A DNA stretch of 64,000 nt from Thiobacillus sp. (GCA_044227195.1 JBGAFQ010000002.1:7375-71374), one strand, 5' to 3'; counted from the stretch's first letter, positions 50,100 through 60,609 are shown. The notes: generated by a model from the letters alone, not told the origin. Numbers and translations are program-made.

Positions 50100-51643
50100 G
50101 TGCCCTGCCCGATTCGCTGCCCGTATCCGCACGCGCCGCCTGGACGACGCCGGCATTGGCCACGATCGCCACGCTGCTAGCCTTGTTCGCCCTGTTCTGG
50201 CCGACCTTCCATTCGATGGCCGCGGTGTGGGAACGTTCCGAGACCTTCGCCCATGGCTATCTCATTTTCCCCATTGCCATCTGGCTGATCTGGCGCATGC
50301 GCGACGAACTCGCGCACGTTACGCCGCGTCCCGAACCCTACGGCCTGCTGCTGCTGGCCGTCGCCTGTATCGGCTGGCTCCTGGCCGATGCCGGCAGCGT
50401 GAACGTGGTCGCGCAGTATGCATTCATCGCGATGCTGATCGCGGTCGTGTGGACCCTGCTGGGCCGCGCGTTCGTGCGGGCCGCATTCTTTCCGCTGATG
50501 TTCCTGTTCTTCGCCGTGCCGGTGGGGGAATTCCTGATTCCGCCCCTGATGAACGTGACCGCCGATTTCACGGTTGCCATGCTGCAGTTCACCGGCATTC
50601 CGGTGTACCGCGAAGGCACCTTCTTCAGCATTCCCAGCGGCGACTGGTCGGTGGTGGAGGGCTGTTCCGGCCTGCGCTACCTGATCGCCTCGATCACGCT
50701 GGGCGTGCTCTATGCCTACCTCACCTACCGTTCGTGGAAGCGGCGCCTGCTGTTTTCCATCGCCGCGGTCATCGTGCCGGTTTTCGCCAACAGCGGCCGC
50801 GCCTTCATGATCGTGATGATCGCCCACCTGTCGGACATGAAGTACGCGCTGGGCGTCGACCATTACATCTACGGCTGGGTGTTCTTCGGTTTCGTCATGC
50901 TGCTGCTGTTCTGGATCGGCAGTTTCTGGCGCGAGGACGATCTGCCGCAGGCCGCTGTCGCCGACAGGCCTGCAGGCGGAATGGCATCGCGACGCCCGCA
51001 TGGCATCGTGCCGATGGCGCTTGCGGTTCTGGCGACGGCGGGATTGTGGCCGGCGTATGCCGTCTGGCTGGAAGCGCGACAGCTGCCGGCGATGCCGGAA
51101 CTGCGTGTCGAGACGGCCGGGAACTGGCAGCCCGGGGAGGCGTTCACGACCTGGCGCCCGCACTGGGTCGGCGCCGACCGGCAGCTGCATGCGACCTACG
51201 CCGACGCGAGCCGGCGCGTGATGCTCGAGCTCAACTACTACGCCACGCAGCGCCAGGACGCCGAACTCGTCAATTCGCAGAATTTCATGATCAAGCAGAA
51301 GGATCCGCACTGGTCGAACGTCGGCGAAACGATCGCGACGGTCGAAATCGGCGGCCAGCCCAGGCAGGTACGCCAGGCCAAGATGCGCGGCAGCAACGGC
51401 CAGCGCGTGCTGGTGTGGCAATGGAACCTCATCAACCAGCAGCCCGTGGTCAACGACCTGTACGCCAAGCTGGTGCTGGCGCTCGACCGCGTGCGCCTGA
51501 AACGCGACGACGGCTTGTCGGTGCTGATCGCCACGCCTTACGACGAGGCGGACATTGCGGGCGCGAAGGCCAGGCTCGCGCGGTTCGCCGCCGACATGGA
51601 ACCGGCGATCGGGCAGACGCTTGATCGGGTCGACGGGCCGTGA
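50096..51643 (+). CDS. xrtA: Exosortase A with C-terminal EpsI domain
   Basis: FAHGYLI, catalytic EGCSGLRY, NSGR and DHYIYGW. Confidence 0.94.
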   Translation: MSALPDSLPVSARAAWTTPALATIATLLALFALFWPTFHSMAAVWERSETFAHGYLIFPIAIWLIWRMRDELAHVTPRPEPYGLLLLAVACIGWLLADAGSVNVVAQYAFIAMLIAVVWTLLGRAFVRAAFFPLMFLFFAVPVGEFLIPPLMNVTADFTVAMLQFTGIPVYREGTFFSIPSGDWSVVEGCSGLRYLIASITLGVLYAYLTYRSWKRRLLFSIAAVIVPVFANSGRAFMIVMIAHLSDMKYALGVDHYIYGWVFFGFVMLLLFWIGSFWREDDLPQAAVADRPAGGMASRRPHGIVPMALAVLATAGLWPAYAVWLEARQLPAMPELRVETAGNWQPGEAFTTWRPHWVGADRQLHATYADASRRVMLELNYYATQRQDAELVNSQNFMIKQKDPHWSNVGETIATVEIGGQPRQVRQAKMRGSNGQRVLVWQWNLINQQPVVNDLYAKLVLALDRVRLKRDDGLSVLIATPYDEADIAGAKARLARFAADMEPAIGQTLDRVDGP

Positions 51644-52785
51644 CCGCGCACATCGTGCATGTCGTACACCGTTTCGATACCGGCGGCATGGAAAACGGCA
51701 TGGTCAACCTGTTCAATACCCTGTCGCCGGCGCGTTTCCGCCATACCGTCGTGGCCCTGACCGATTTCACCGATTTCCGCCAGCGCATCGTCGCGCAGCC
51801 GGTCGATTTCCGCGCCCTGCACCGCCCGCCCGGTCACGGACTGGGGTGGACAAAGCGGCTGTGGACCCTGCTGCGCGACCTCGAGCCCGACCTCGTGCAC
51901 ACCCGCAATCTCGCCGCGCTCGAGGCGCAGTTCGTCGCCGCCGCTGCCGGCGTGCGCGCCACAGTGCACGGCGAACACGGCCGCGACGTGTTCGACCTGT
52001 ACGGGCAGAACCGGAAATACAACCTGCTGCGCCGCGCCGTTCAGCCTTTCGTGTCGAACTACATCGCGGTCAGCCGCGATCTCGAGACCTGGCTGCGCCA
52101 GCAGATCGGCGTGCCGCAGAAGAAGCTGCACCAGATTTACAACGGCGTGGACAGCGAGAAATTCCATCCGCGCATGGGCGCACGGTCGGGCCGCCTGCCG
52201 CCGGGCTTTGCGAGTCCTGATGCCGTGGTGTTCGGTTCGGTGGGGCGCATGGTCGAGGTCAAGGATTACCCCATGCTGGTCCAGGCATTCATCCGCCTGG
52301 TCCGGCAGCAGCCCGAGCGTGCGGCGCGTGCGCGCCTGGTCATCGTCGGCGAGGGCAGCGCGCGCGCCGACTGCCAGCACCTGCTCGACCATGCCGGGAT
52401 GGCACATCTGGCCTGGCTGCCTGGCGAGCGTCACGACATCGCCGAACTGATGCGCACGTTCGACGTTTTCGTGCTCCCGTCGAAAAACGAGGGCATCTCC
52501 AATACCATTCTGGAGGCGCTGGCGAGCGGACTGCCCGTCGTCGCCACGGCGGTCGGCGGCACCGTCGAACTGGTGGCGCACGGGGTCAACGGCGCATTGG
52601 TGAAGGCGGGCGACGCCGCCGATATGGCACAGGCCTTGCTGGAATACCTGGACGCGCCCGCGCGCATTGCCGAACACGGCCGCGAGGCGCGGCGGCAGGC
52701 GGAACAACGCTACAGCATACCGGCCATGGCCGAGGCATACGCCGCGGTGTACGACAAAACGCTGGCGGGCCGTCGAACGGCCTGA
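51640..52785 (+). CDS. GT4 glycosyltransferase (TIGR03088-like)
   Basis: GGMENG, HGEHGRD, EGISNTILEA. Confidence 0.9.
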   Translation: MTAHIVHVVHRFDTGGMENGMVNLFNTLSPARFRHTVVALTDFTDFRQRIVAQPVDFRALHRPPGHGLGWTKRLWTLLRDLEPDLVHTRNLAALEAQFVAAAAGVRATVHGEHGRDVFDLYGQNRKYNLLRRAVQPFVSNYIAVSRDLETWLRQQIGVPQKKLHQIYNGVDSEKFHPRMGARSGRLPPGFASPDAVVFGSVGRMVEVKDYPMLVQAFIRLVRQQPERAARARLVIVGEGSARADCQHLLDHAGMAHLAWLPGERHDIAELMRTFDVFVLPSKNEGISNTILEALASGLPVVATAVGGTVELVAHGVNGALVKAGDAADMAQALLEYLDAPARIAEHGREARRQAEQRYSIPAMAEAYAAVYDKTLAGRRTA

Positions 52786-52816
52786 AAAATCGACAGGGAC
52801 AAGGGAAACACCAAGC

Positions 52817-54736
52817 ATGTGCGGCATTACCGGCATTTTCGATACCCGCGAAGCGAGCGAGATTTCGCGCGCGCTGCTCGATCGCATGAACGAAACCCAG
52901 TTCCATCGCGGCCCCGACGAGGGCGGGCTGCATCTGGAGCCGGGCGTGGGCCTGGGCCACCGTCGCCTGTCCATCATCGATCTCTCGACCGGCCAGCAGC
53001 CGCTGTTCAACGAGGACGGTTCGGTCGTCGTCGTGTTCAACGGCGAGATCTACAACTTCCAGGAACTGGTGCCAGAACTCGAAGCGCTGGGCCACGTCTT
53101 CCGCACGCATTCCGATACGGAGGTCATCGTCCATGCCTGGGAAGCCTGGGGTGAGTCCTGCGTCGCGCGGTTCAGGGGCATGTTCGCGTTCGCGCTGTGG
53201 GACCGCAAGCAGGACACGCTGTTCGTCGTGCGCGACCGCTTCGGCGTCAAGCCGCTGTACTACGCTTTCCTCGAAACCGGCGAATTCATTTTCGGCTCGG
53301 AACTGAAATCGCTGATGGCGCATCCCGCCCTGCCGCGCGACATCGATCCGCTGGCGGTCGAGGAATACTTTGCCTATGGCTACGTGCCCGAGCCGCGCAC
53401 CATCTTCAAGCGCGTGTACAAGTTGCCGCCGGGGTTCACGATGACGCTCGTGCGCGGCGCGGCGCGCGCGCTGCCGAAGCAGTACTGGGACATGCCGTTC
53501 ACGCCGGTCGCCGTGAAGAACGAGGCCGAGGCGGAAGCCGAACTGGTCGCTCGGCTGCAGGAGTCGATCCGCCTGCGCATGATCGCCGACGTGCCGCTGG
53601 GTGCTTTTCTCTCGGGCGGCGTCGATTCGAGCGCGGTGGTGGCGATGATGGCGACCCAGTCGGACACGCCGGTGAACACCTGCTCGATCGGCTTCGACGA
53701 CCCGGCGTTCAACGAAGTCGAGTTCGCGCAGCTGGTCGCCGACCGCTACAAGACCGCGCATCACGTCGAAACCGTCGCCGCCGGCGACTTCAGCCTGGTC
53801 GGCAAGCTCGCCGAGGTGTACGACGAACCCTACGCCGACTCGTCCGCGCTGCCCACTTACCGCGTCTGCGAACTCGCTCGCAAGCACGTGAAGGTCGCGC
53901 TCTCGGGCGACGGCGGCGACGAGCATTTCGCCGGCTACCGGCGCTACCGCTGGTTCCGCTACGAGGAGCGCATGCGCGCGGCGATGCCGCTGCTGTTGCG
54001 CCGCCCGCTGTTCGGCACGCTCGGCAGGCTGTATCCCAAGGCCGACTGGGCGCCCAAGGTGTTGCGCGCGAAGACCACCTTCGAGGCGCTGGCGCGCGAC
54101 ACCGTCGAAGGCTATTTCCACGGCGTGTCCCTGCTGTCGGATGCGCAGCGCAAGCAACTCTTCTCGCCCGCCTTCCGGCGCGAGCTGCAGGGCTACCAGG
54201 CCGTCGAAGTGCTGCGCCGCCACGCCGCCGTCGCGCCCACCGACGATCCGCTCTCGCTGGTGCAGTATCTCGACATGAAGACCTATCTCGTCGGCGACAT
54301 CCTCACCAAGGTCGACCGCGCGAGCATGGCGCACGCGCTCGAAGTCCGCGAGCCGCTGCTCGATCACGAACTGATGGGCTGGGTGTCCGGCCTGCCGGTC
54401 GACCTCAAGCTGCGCGGTACCGAGGGGAAATACCTGTTGAAGAAGGCGATGGAGCCCTATCTGCCGCACGACGTGCTGTACCGCAAGAAGATGGGGTTCG
54501 CGGTGCCGCTCGCCGCCTGGTTCCGCGGCCCGCTTGCCGCGACCATCCGCAGCGTGGTGCTGGGCGAGCGGCTGGCGTCCACCGGCCTGTTCAACCAGGA
54601 TTACCTGCGCGAGGTCGTCGAGGCGCACCAGTCCGGTCGCCGCGACTATTCGGTGATCCTGTGGACGGTGCTGATGTTCGACGCCTTCCTCGAAAGGGTG
54701 CTCGGCCTCGATGCCGACGCACGGCAAGCCGCATGA
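52817..54736 (+). CDS. asnB: Asparagine synthase-like amidotransferase (XrtA system)
   Basis: MCGITG (Ntn Cys), HRGPD, FLSGGVDSS, SGDGGDE, KVDRASM. Confidence 0.93.
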   Translation: MCGITGIFDTREASEISRALLDRMNETQFHRGPDEGGLHLEPGVGLGHRRLSIIDLSTGQQPLFNEDGSVVVVFNGEIYNFQELVPELEALGHVFRTHSDTEVIVHAWEAWGESCVARFRGMFAFALWDRKQDTLFVVRDRFGVKPLYYAFLETGEFIFGSELKSLMAHPALPRDIDPLAVEEYFAYGYVPEPRTIFKRVYKLPPGFTMTLVRGAARALPKQYWDMPFTPVAVKNEAEAEAELVARLQESIRLRMIADVPLGAFLSGGVDSSAVVAMMATQSDTPVNTCSIGFDDPAFNEVEFAQLVADRYKTAHHVETVAAGDFSLVGKLAEVYDEPYADSSALPTYRVCELARKHVKVALSGDGGDEHFAGYRRYRWFRYEERMRAAMPLLLRRPLFGTLGRLYPKADWAPKVLRAKTTFEALARDTVEGYFHGVSLLSDAQRKQLFSPAFRRELQGYQAVEVLRRHAAVAPTDDPLSLVQYLDMKTYLVGDILTKVDRASMAHALEVREPLLDHELMGWVSGLPVDLKLRGTEGKYLLKKAMEPYLPHDVLYRKKMGFAVPLAAWFRGPLAATIRSVVLGERLASTGLFNQDYLREVVEAHQSGRRDYSVILWTVLMFDAFLERVLGLDADARQAA

Positions 54737-55959
54737 AGATCCTCCACGTATTCGACCACACCCTCCCGCTGCATTCCGGCTACACCTTCCGCAGCGCGGC
54801 GATCCTGCGCAACCAGAAGAAACTCGGCTGGGAGACCTTCCACCTGTCCGGCCCCAAGCAACTGAACTGCACCGTGCCCGAGGAAGACGCCGACGGCCTG
54901 CATTTCTATCGCACGCCCAAACCCACGGGGCTGCTCGCCCGGCTGCCGGGCGGCGATCCCTTCGCCGTGATGGCGGCGATCGAGAAGCGCCTGCTGGGGC
55001 TCGCGCGCGAACTGCAGCCCGACGTGATCCATGCGCATTCGCCGGTGCTCGATGCCGTGCCGGCGATCCGCGTCTGCCGCACGCTGGGCATCCCGGTGGT
55101 GTACGAAATCCGGGCCTTCTGGGAAGACGCGGCGGTCGATCATGGCAGCACGAAGGAGGACAGCCTGCGCTACCGGCTGACGCGTGCGCTCGAAACCTGG
55201 GCGGTGAAGCGCGCCGACGCCGTCACCGTCATCTGCGAAGGCCTGCGCGGCGACCTGATCGCGCGGGGGATCCCGGCAAGCAAGATCACCGTCATTCCGA
55301 ACGCGGTCGACATCGACAAATTCGAAATCGGCGGCAGGCCCGATCCCGAACTGAAGCTCAAGCTCGGCCTGGGCAACAGCCGGGTGCTGGGTTTCATCGG
55401 TTCGTTCTACGCCTACGAGGGCCTGGATCTGCTCATCGCCGCGCTGCCCGCCATCCTGAAGCAGATGCCCGACGTGAAGGTGCTGCTGGTCGGGGGCGGG
55501 CCGCAGGATACGGCGCTGAAGCAGCAGGTGATGGCGCTCGATCTGAAGGACCGCGTGGTGTTCACCGGCCGCGTGCCGCATGCCGAGGTGAACCGCTACT
55601 ACGACCTGGTCGACGTGCTGGTGTATCCGCGCCATCCCATGCGACTGACCAACCTCGTCACGCCGCTGAAGCCGCTGGAAGCGATGGCGCAGGGACGGCT
55701 GATGGTGGCGTCCGACGTCGGCGGCCACAAGGAGCTGATCCAGGACGGCAAGACCGGCGTGCTGTTCCGCGCGGGCAGCGCAGGCGATCTCGCCAGCAAG
55801 GTGGTGGCGCTGCTGAAGTACGAACAGGGCTGGGACGCGCTGAAAAAGAACGGCCGCCAGTTCGTCGAAACCGAACGCAACTGGACCGCCAGCGTGGCGC
55901 GTTATCGCGGCGTCTACGGTGGGCTGATGAAGCCGATGCGGGAGGCCGTCGTTGGCTGA
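54733..55959 (+). CDS. GT4 glycosyltransferase (TIGR04063-like)
   Basis: DHTLPLHSGY, YEIRAFWEDA, TPLKPLEAMA. Confidence 0.9.
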   Translation: MKILHVFDHTLPLHSGYTFRSAAILRNQKKLGWETFHLSGPKQLNCTVPEEDADGLHFYRTPKPTGLLARLPGGDPFAVMAAIEKRLLGLARELQPDVIHAHSPVLDAVPAIRVCRTLGIPVVYEIRAFWEDAAVDHGSTKEDSLRYRLTRALETWAVKRADAVTVICEGLRGDLIARGIPASKITVIPNAVDIDKFEIGGRPDPELKLKLGLGNSRVLGFIGSFYAYEGLDLLIAALPAILKQMPDVKVLLVGGGPQDTALKQQVMALDLKDRVVFTGRVPHAEVNRYYDLVDVLVYPRHPMRLTNLVTPLKPLEAMAQGRLMVASDVGGHKELIQDGKTGVLFRAGSAGDLASKVVALLKYEQGWDALKKNGRQFVETERNWTASVARYRGVYGGLMKPMREAVVG

Positions 55960-57172
55960 GCTGGTCGTCTTCAGTTCGCTGTTCCCGAGCGCCGCGCGGC
56001 CCGCTGCCGGCTTGTTCATCCGCGAACGCATGTTTCGCGTCGCGCGTCAGCGCGCGCTCGTCGTGGTCTCGCCGCAGCCCTGGTTTCCCGGCCAGGCGCT
56101 GATCCGCCTGCTGCGTCCCGGCTACCGGCCGATGGCACCCGCGCTGGAAATGCAGCAGGGCATTGCCGTGCATCATCCGCGTTTCCTTTCCCTGCCGGGC
56201 GTACTGCGCCGGCTCGACGGCTGGGCGATGGCCGTGGCGAGCTATTTCCTGCTGCGCCGGCTCAAGGCGGGCGGCGCGCGCCTGATCGACGCGCACTTCG
56301 CCTATCCGGACGGCGAAGCCGCAATCCGTCTGGGGCGCTGGCTGGATCTGCCGGTGACGATCACCCTGCGCGGGACCGAGGTGCCGCACAGCCGCAATCC
56401 GGTCCTGCGCCCGCGTCTCGCGCAGACGCTCAAGGCCGCGACCCGCGTGTTCGCGGTGTCCGATTCGCTGCGTCGTCTGGCGATCGAGCTCGGCGTCGCG
56501 CCGGACAAGACCGAAGTCGTCGGCAACGGCGTCGATACCGGCGTGTTTCACCCGGTCGACCGGGCCGCCGCGCGCCGCCGGTTCGGCCTGCCGCCGGATG
56601 CGCGGGTGCTGGTGTCGGTCGGCGCGCTTGTCGAGCGCAAGGGCATGCACCGCGTCATCGACTGTCTGCCGGGGCTGATCGAACAGCACCCGGCGGTGCA
56701 TTACCTGATCGTCGGCGGCGGCGGCCCCGAAGGCGACAACCGGTCCGAGCTCGACGCGCAGGTCGCGCGGCTGGGCCTAGGGGGGCGCGTGCATTTTGCC
56801 GGTGCCCTGCCGCCGGACGAACTCAAGTGGGCGCTGTCGGCGGCGGACGTGTTCGTGCTGGCCACCCGCAACGAAGGCTGGGCGAACGTCTTTCTCGAGG
56901 CGATGGCCTGCGGCCTGCCGGTGGTGACCACCGATGTCGGCGGCAACGCCGAAGTGGTGTGCCGCGCGGCGCTCGGCATCGTCGTCCCGTTCGGGGACGC
57001 CGCCGCGCTGTTGCAGGCCCTGCGCGAGGCGCTCGACCGGTCGTGGTCGCGCGACGCGATCATCCAGCATGCCCGCGCCAACCAGTGGGACGGTCGCGTT
57101 GCGCAGTTGCTGCGCGCCTACGACGGCATCCTCCGGGATGCGCCGCCCGGGACGGGGTTGGTCGCCGAATGA
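55952..57172 (+). CDS. GT4 glycosyltransferase (TuaC-like)
   Basis: DAHFAYPDG, TLRGT, EGWANVFLEAMACG. Confidence 0.88.
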   Translation: MAELVVFSSLFPSAARPAAGLFIRERMFRVARQRALVVVSPQPWFPGQALIRLLRPGYRPMAPALEMQQGIAVHHPRFLSLPGVLRRLDGWAMAVASYFLLRRLKAGGARLIDAHFAYPDGEAAIRLGRWLDLPVTITLRGTEVPHSRNPVLRPRLAQTLKAATRVFAVSDSLRRLAIELGVAPDKTEVVGNGVDTGVFHPVDRAAARRRFGLPPDARVLVSVGALVERKGMHRVIDCLPGLIEQHPAVHYLIVGGGGPEGDNRSELDAQVARLGLGGRVHFAGALPPDELKWALSAADVFVLATRNEGWANVFLEAMACGLPVVTTDVGGNAEVVCRAALGIVVPFGDAAALLQALREALDRSWSRDAIIQHARANQWDGRVAQLLRAYDGILRDAPPGTGLVAE

Positions 57173-58554
57173 ACGTGCCCGCCTGGTTCGCCCGCAGCGT
57201 GTACCGCGCGCAGGAAGCAGCGGTGCACCGTCCCACCTTCGCGATGCTCGCCGATCTCGAACGCTCGCAATGGCTGTCGTGCGCGGGGATCGAGATCCTG
57301 CAGACGCAGGGCCTGAACCGGCTGCTGGGCGTTGCGCTGGCGCACAGCCCCTGGCACGCCGACCGGTTGCGCGCCGCCGGATTGGCGGATGCGGTCGAGG
57401 CCGGCACGGCGACGCTTGCCGATCTGGCGCGACTGCCGACGATGGACAAGCGCGACGCGCGCGACAACGTCGAGCGGCTGGTGTGGCGCGGCGTGCCGGG
57501 CGGCGCCTTTCCCTACACCACCGGCGGCTCCAGCGGCGAACCGCTGATCTTCCATTTCGGCCGCCTGCGCCAGGCCTCCGACGCGGCCGGCCGCATGCGC
57601 GCCCGGCGCTGGTGGGGCGTGCAGCCGGGCGAACCGGAAGCCTATCTGTGGGGGGCGCCGGTCGAACTCAACAAGACCGACCGCATCAAGACCCTGCGCG
57701 ACCGGCTGGTGAACCAGCTGGTGCTGAATGCCTTCGCCATGTCGCCCGAGCGCATGGATGCCTATCTCGACGCGCTGCAGGCCTGGCAGCCGGTGTGCGT
57801 GTACGGCTATGCGTCGAGTATCGCCCTGCTGGCGGCGCACGCCGAGGCGCGCGGGCGTACGCTGCGCCTGCCGCGCCTGCGCGTGGTGTGTACCACCGGC
57901 GAACCGCTTTATCCGCACCAGCGCGAGTTGATCGCACGCGCGTTCGGCGTGCCGGTGGCGAACGAATTTGGCAGCCGCGACATCGGCTTCACCGCGCACG
58001 AAGCGCCGGGCGGACAGATGCTGCTGCTGAGCGAGAACCATATCGTCGAAGTGCTCGACGAAGCCGGGCAGCCCGTCGCGCCCGGCGAGGCGGGCGAGGC
58101 GGTGATCACCGGCCTGACTTCGGCGGCCCAGCCCTTCATCCGTTACCGCACGGGCGACGTGCTGCGGCTGGCCCGCGAACCGGCCGCCGGCGGGCAGGGC
58201 CTGCACGTCGTCGCCGAGGTGTCGGGACGCCAGACCGATTTCGTCGTCGCCGCGGATGGCCGCATCATGCATGCGCTCGCGGTGATCTACGTGCTGCGCG
58301 CCGTGCCCGGTGTCGCGCAGTTCAAGTGCATCCAGCACGCGCCCGAACGGATGGAAGTGCAGGTGGTGCCCGACGCGCGCTGGGGCGAGACGGCACGCCA
58401 GGCGATCGTCGCCGGCCTGCAGGCCCGCCTGGGCGAGGGCCTGCAGGTGGAACTGCGGCTGCTGGACGAAATTCCGCCCGAGGCCTCGGGCAAGCATCGC
58501 TATGTGGTGAGCCGCGTGCGGCTTGCCGAAACCCTGAACCAGGCCGCCGCATGA
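57169..58554 (+). CDS. CapK/phenylacetate-CoA ligase-like adenylate-forming enzyme
   Basis: TTGGSSGEP, NEFGSRD, FIRYRTGD, SGKHR. Confidence 0.88.
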   Translation: MNVPAWFARSVYRAQEAAVHRPTFAMLADLERSQWLSCAGIEILQTQGLNRLLGVALAHSPWHADRLRAAGLADAVEAGTATLADLARLPTMDKRDARDNVERLVWRGVPGGAFPYTTGGSSGEPLIFHFGRLRQASDAAGRMRARRWWGVQPGEPEAYLWGAPVELNKTDRIKTLRDRLVNQLVLNAFAMSPERMDAYLDALQAWQPVCVYGYASSIALLAAHAEARGRTLRLPRLRVVCTTGEPLYPHQRELIARAFGVPVANEFGSRDIGFTAHEAPGGQMLLLSENHIVEVLDEAGQPVAPGEAGEAVITGLTSAAQPFIRYRTGDVLRLAREPAAGGQGLHVVAEVSGRQTDFVVAADGRIMHALAVIYVLRAVPGVAQFKCIQHAPERMEVQVVPDARWGETARQAIVAGLQARLGEGLQVELRLLDEIPPEASGKHRYVVSRVRLAETLNQAAA

Positions 58555-58573
58555 GGCGCGGCCGAACCGGACC

Positions 58574-59785
58574 ATGAAACCTTCTACCCTGATCGACCTT
58601 CCCCTGAGATACAAGCCCTGGCAGACGCGCCATCTGCGCTTGACCCTGCAGGACATGGCCGGCGCAGCGCGCCAGCCTGAACAGGACCACCGCACCCATC
58701 TGCGCGGTGCGATCGACTGGCTGTGCCGCGCGCAGGATGTGCGCCAGGGCAAGGCCGACGCCGGCGGCGTGGCGGCAGGCTGGAGCTTCGAGGACGGCTG
58801 GCTGCCGAGCTATCCCGAAACCACGGGCTACATCATCGAGACCTTCGTCGCTGCCGCGGACTATCTCGACCGGCCCGAACTGCTCCGGCGTGCGCACCGG
58901 ATGATCGACTGGGAACTCTCGCTGCAGGCCGACGACGGCGCGTTCCCGGGGCATTTCGGCGAAGCCGGCAGCCATCCGGTGATCTTCAACCAGGGGCAGA
59001 TCATGCACGGCCTGGTCGCGGGCTGCACAACGCTGGGCCGCCAGGATTGCCTGGAAGCCGGGCTGCGCGCCGGCCGCTGGCTGGCGGCGCAGCAGGACGC
59101 GGATGGGTGCTATCGCAAGTTCGAGCACAACGGCGTGCCGCACGTCTACAACACGCGTGCGATCTGGGCGCTGGCGGCGATGGGCGTGGTGGCGAACGCG
59201 CCGGATTTCGTGGCGGCGGCGCGGCGCAACCTCGACTGGGCGCTCGGGCAGCAGACGCCGAGCGGCTGGTTCGCCACCAATGCCTTCGTGCCGCAGCGCC
59301 ATCCCTTCACCCACACCATCGCCTACGCCATCCGGGGTTTCATCGAAGTGGCGGTGCTGCTGGGCGAGGAACGCTACCTGCGCGCGGCCGAGAAGGCCGC
59401 GCGCGGCCTGATGGCGCAGCAGCGCGCCGACGGCTGGCTGGCCGGCACCTACGACGACGGCTGGACGCCGACCGCCGGCTACGCCTGTGTCACGGGGGTG
59501 GCGCAGATGGCACTGTGCTGGCTGCGGCTGGCGCAGATCACCGGCGACAAGTCTTACCGCGATGCCGCCTGGCGGGCGATCGCCTACGTCAAGCGCACGC
59601 AGCGGCTGGAAGAGGACGATGTCGTCGTGCGCGGCGCGATCCCCGGTTCGGCGCCGATCTGGGGCGCGTATTCGCGGTTCGAGTTTCCCAACTGGGCGGC
59701 CAAGTTCTTCGCCGATGCGCTGATGATGGACATGGCCAACGTGGCCGTGCCGCCCGTGCCCGCGGCGGCGAAGGGGATGGGATGA
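58574..59785 (+). CDS. (alpha/alpha)6-barrel-like hypothetical protein
   Basis: SYPETTGYII plus repeated W-L-x-x-Q..DG motifs (QADDG, QDADG, QTPSG, QRADG). Confidence 0.7.
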   Translation: MKPSTLIDLPLRYKPWQTRHLRLTLQDMAGAARQPEQDHRTHLRGAIDWLCRAQDVRQGKADAGGVAAGWSFEDGWLPSYPETTGYIIETFVAAADYLDRPELLRRAHRMIDWELSLQADDGAFPGHFGEAGSHPVIFNQGQIMHGLVAGCTTLGRQDCLEAGLRAGRWLAAQQDADGCYRKFEHNGVPHVYNTRAIWALAAMGVVANAPDFVAAARRNLDWALGQQTPSGWFATNAFVPQRHPFTHTIAYAIRGFIEVAVLLGEERYLRAAEKAARGLMAQQRADGWLAGTYDDGWTPTAGYACVTGVAQMALCWLRLAQITGDKSYRDAAWRAIAYVKRTQRLEEDDVVVRGAIPGSAPIWGAYSRFEFPNWAAKFFADALMMDMANVAVPPVPAAAKGMG

Positions 59786-60609
59786 GCCGTCTGCGGCTGT
59801 TGATCCTGTGCGGGCGCAGCGCCCGCCATCTGTATGTCGCCAATGCGCTGTGCCGCGCGGGCGACGCGCTTGCCATCGTGCAGGAAACCGGCGGCGAGTG
59901 GAATCTGAAGAAGACCCTGAAGAAACTGCGCCCGGACAGGCTGTTCCGCAAGGTCTGGCGCTGGCTGCGCGACCGTCGGCGCTACGCGGGCAATCCCGAG
60001 GCGAAGTATTTCTTTCCGGGTGGACAGCCGCGCCTCGACCAGCCCGAGCGCGTGCGCGAAGTGCCGCACATCAACCACCCGGACGTCGTTGCGATGGCGC
60101 GCACCCTGCAGCCCGATCTGATCTGCGTGTTCGGCACCTCCCTGATTCGCGGCGACCTGCTCCGCGAGGGTCGGCTCGGCATGATCAACCTGCATGGCGG
60201 TCTCTCGCCCGAATATCGCGGCGCGGACTGCACGTTCTGGGCGCTCTACAATAACGAGCCCGAGAAGGTGGGCTGCACCCTGCATTACATCGATGCCGGG
60301 ATCGATACCGGCCGCCTGATCGCGCACGTCAGCCCCGAAGTGCGGGCGGACGATACCGAACTGGAATTGTTCTGGCGTGCGGTGCGGGACAGCGCGGACG
60401 TCTACGCCGAGGCTGTCGGGCGTCTGGCGCGCGGCGAGGTACTGGGCGAAGCGCAGGCCGGCAAAGGACGCCTGTATCAGGTCAAGGACCGCGGCCTGCG
60501 CCACGAACGCGCCCTGGCCACGCGGCTGGCCGGCGGCATGCTGGCGGGCAGGGCGCTGCCGCGGCGCGTGCGCTGGTTCGCGGGAACGAAATCGGACCTG
60601 AAAACATGA
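59782..60609 (+). CDS. Formyltransferase-family protein
   Basis: VFGTSLI, INLHGGLSPEYRG, GCTLHYIDAGIDTG. Confidence 0.85.
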   Translation: MSRLRLLILCGRSARHLYVANALCRAGDALAIVQETGGEWNLKKTLKKLRPDRLFRKVWRWLRDRRRYAGNPEAKYFFPGGQPRLDQPERVREVPHINHPDVVAMARTLQPDLICVFGTSLIRGDLLREGRLGMINLHGGLSPEYRGADCTFWALYNNEPEKVGCTLHYIDAGIDTGRLIAHVSPEVRADDTELELFWRAVRDSADVYAEAVGRLARGEVLGEAQAGKGRLYQVKDRGLRHERALATRLAGGMLAGRALPRRVRWFAGTKSDLKT

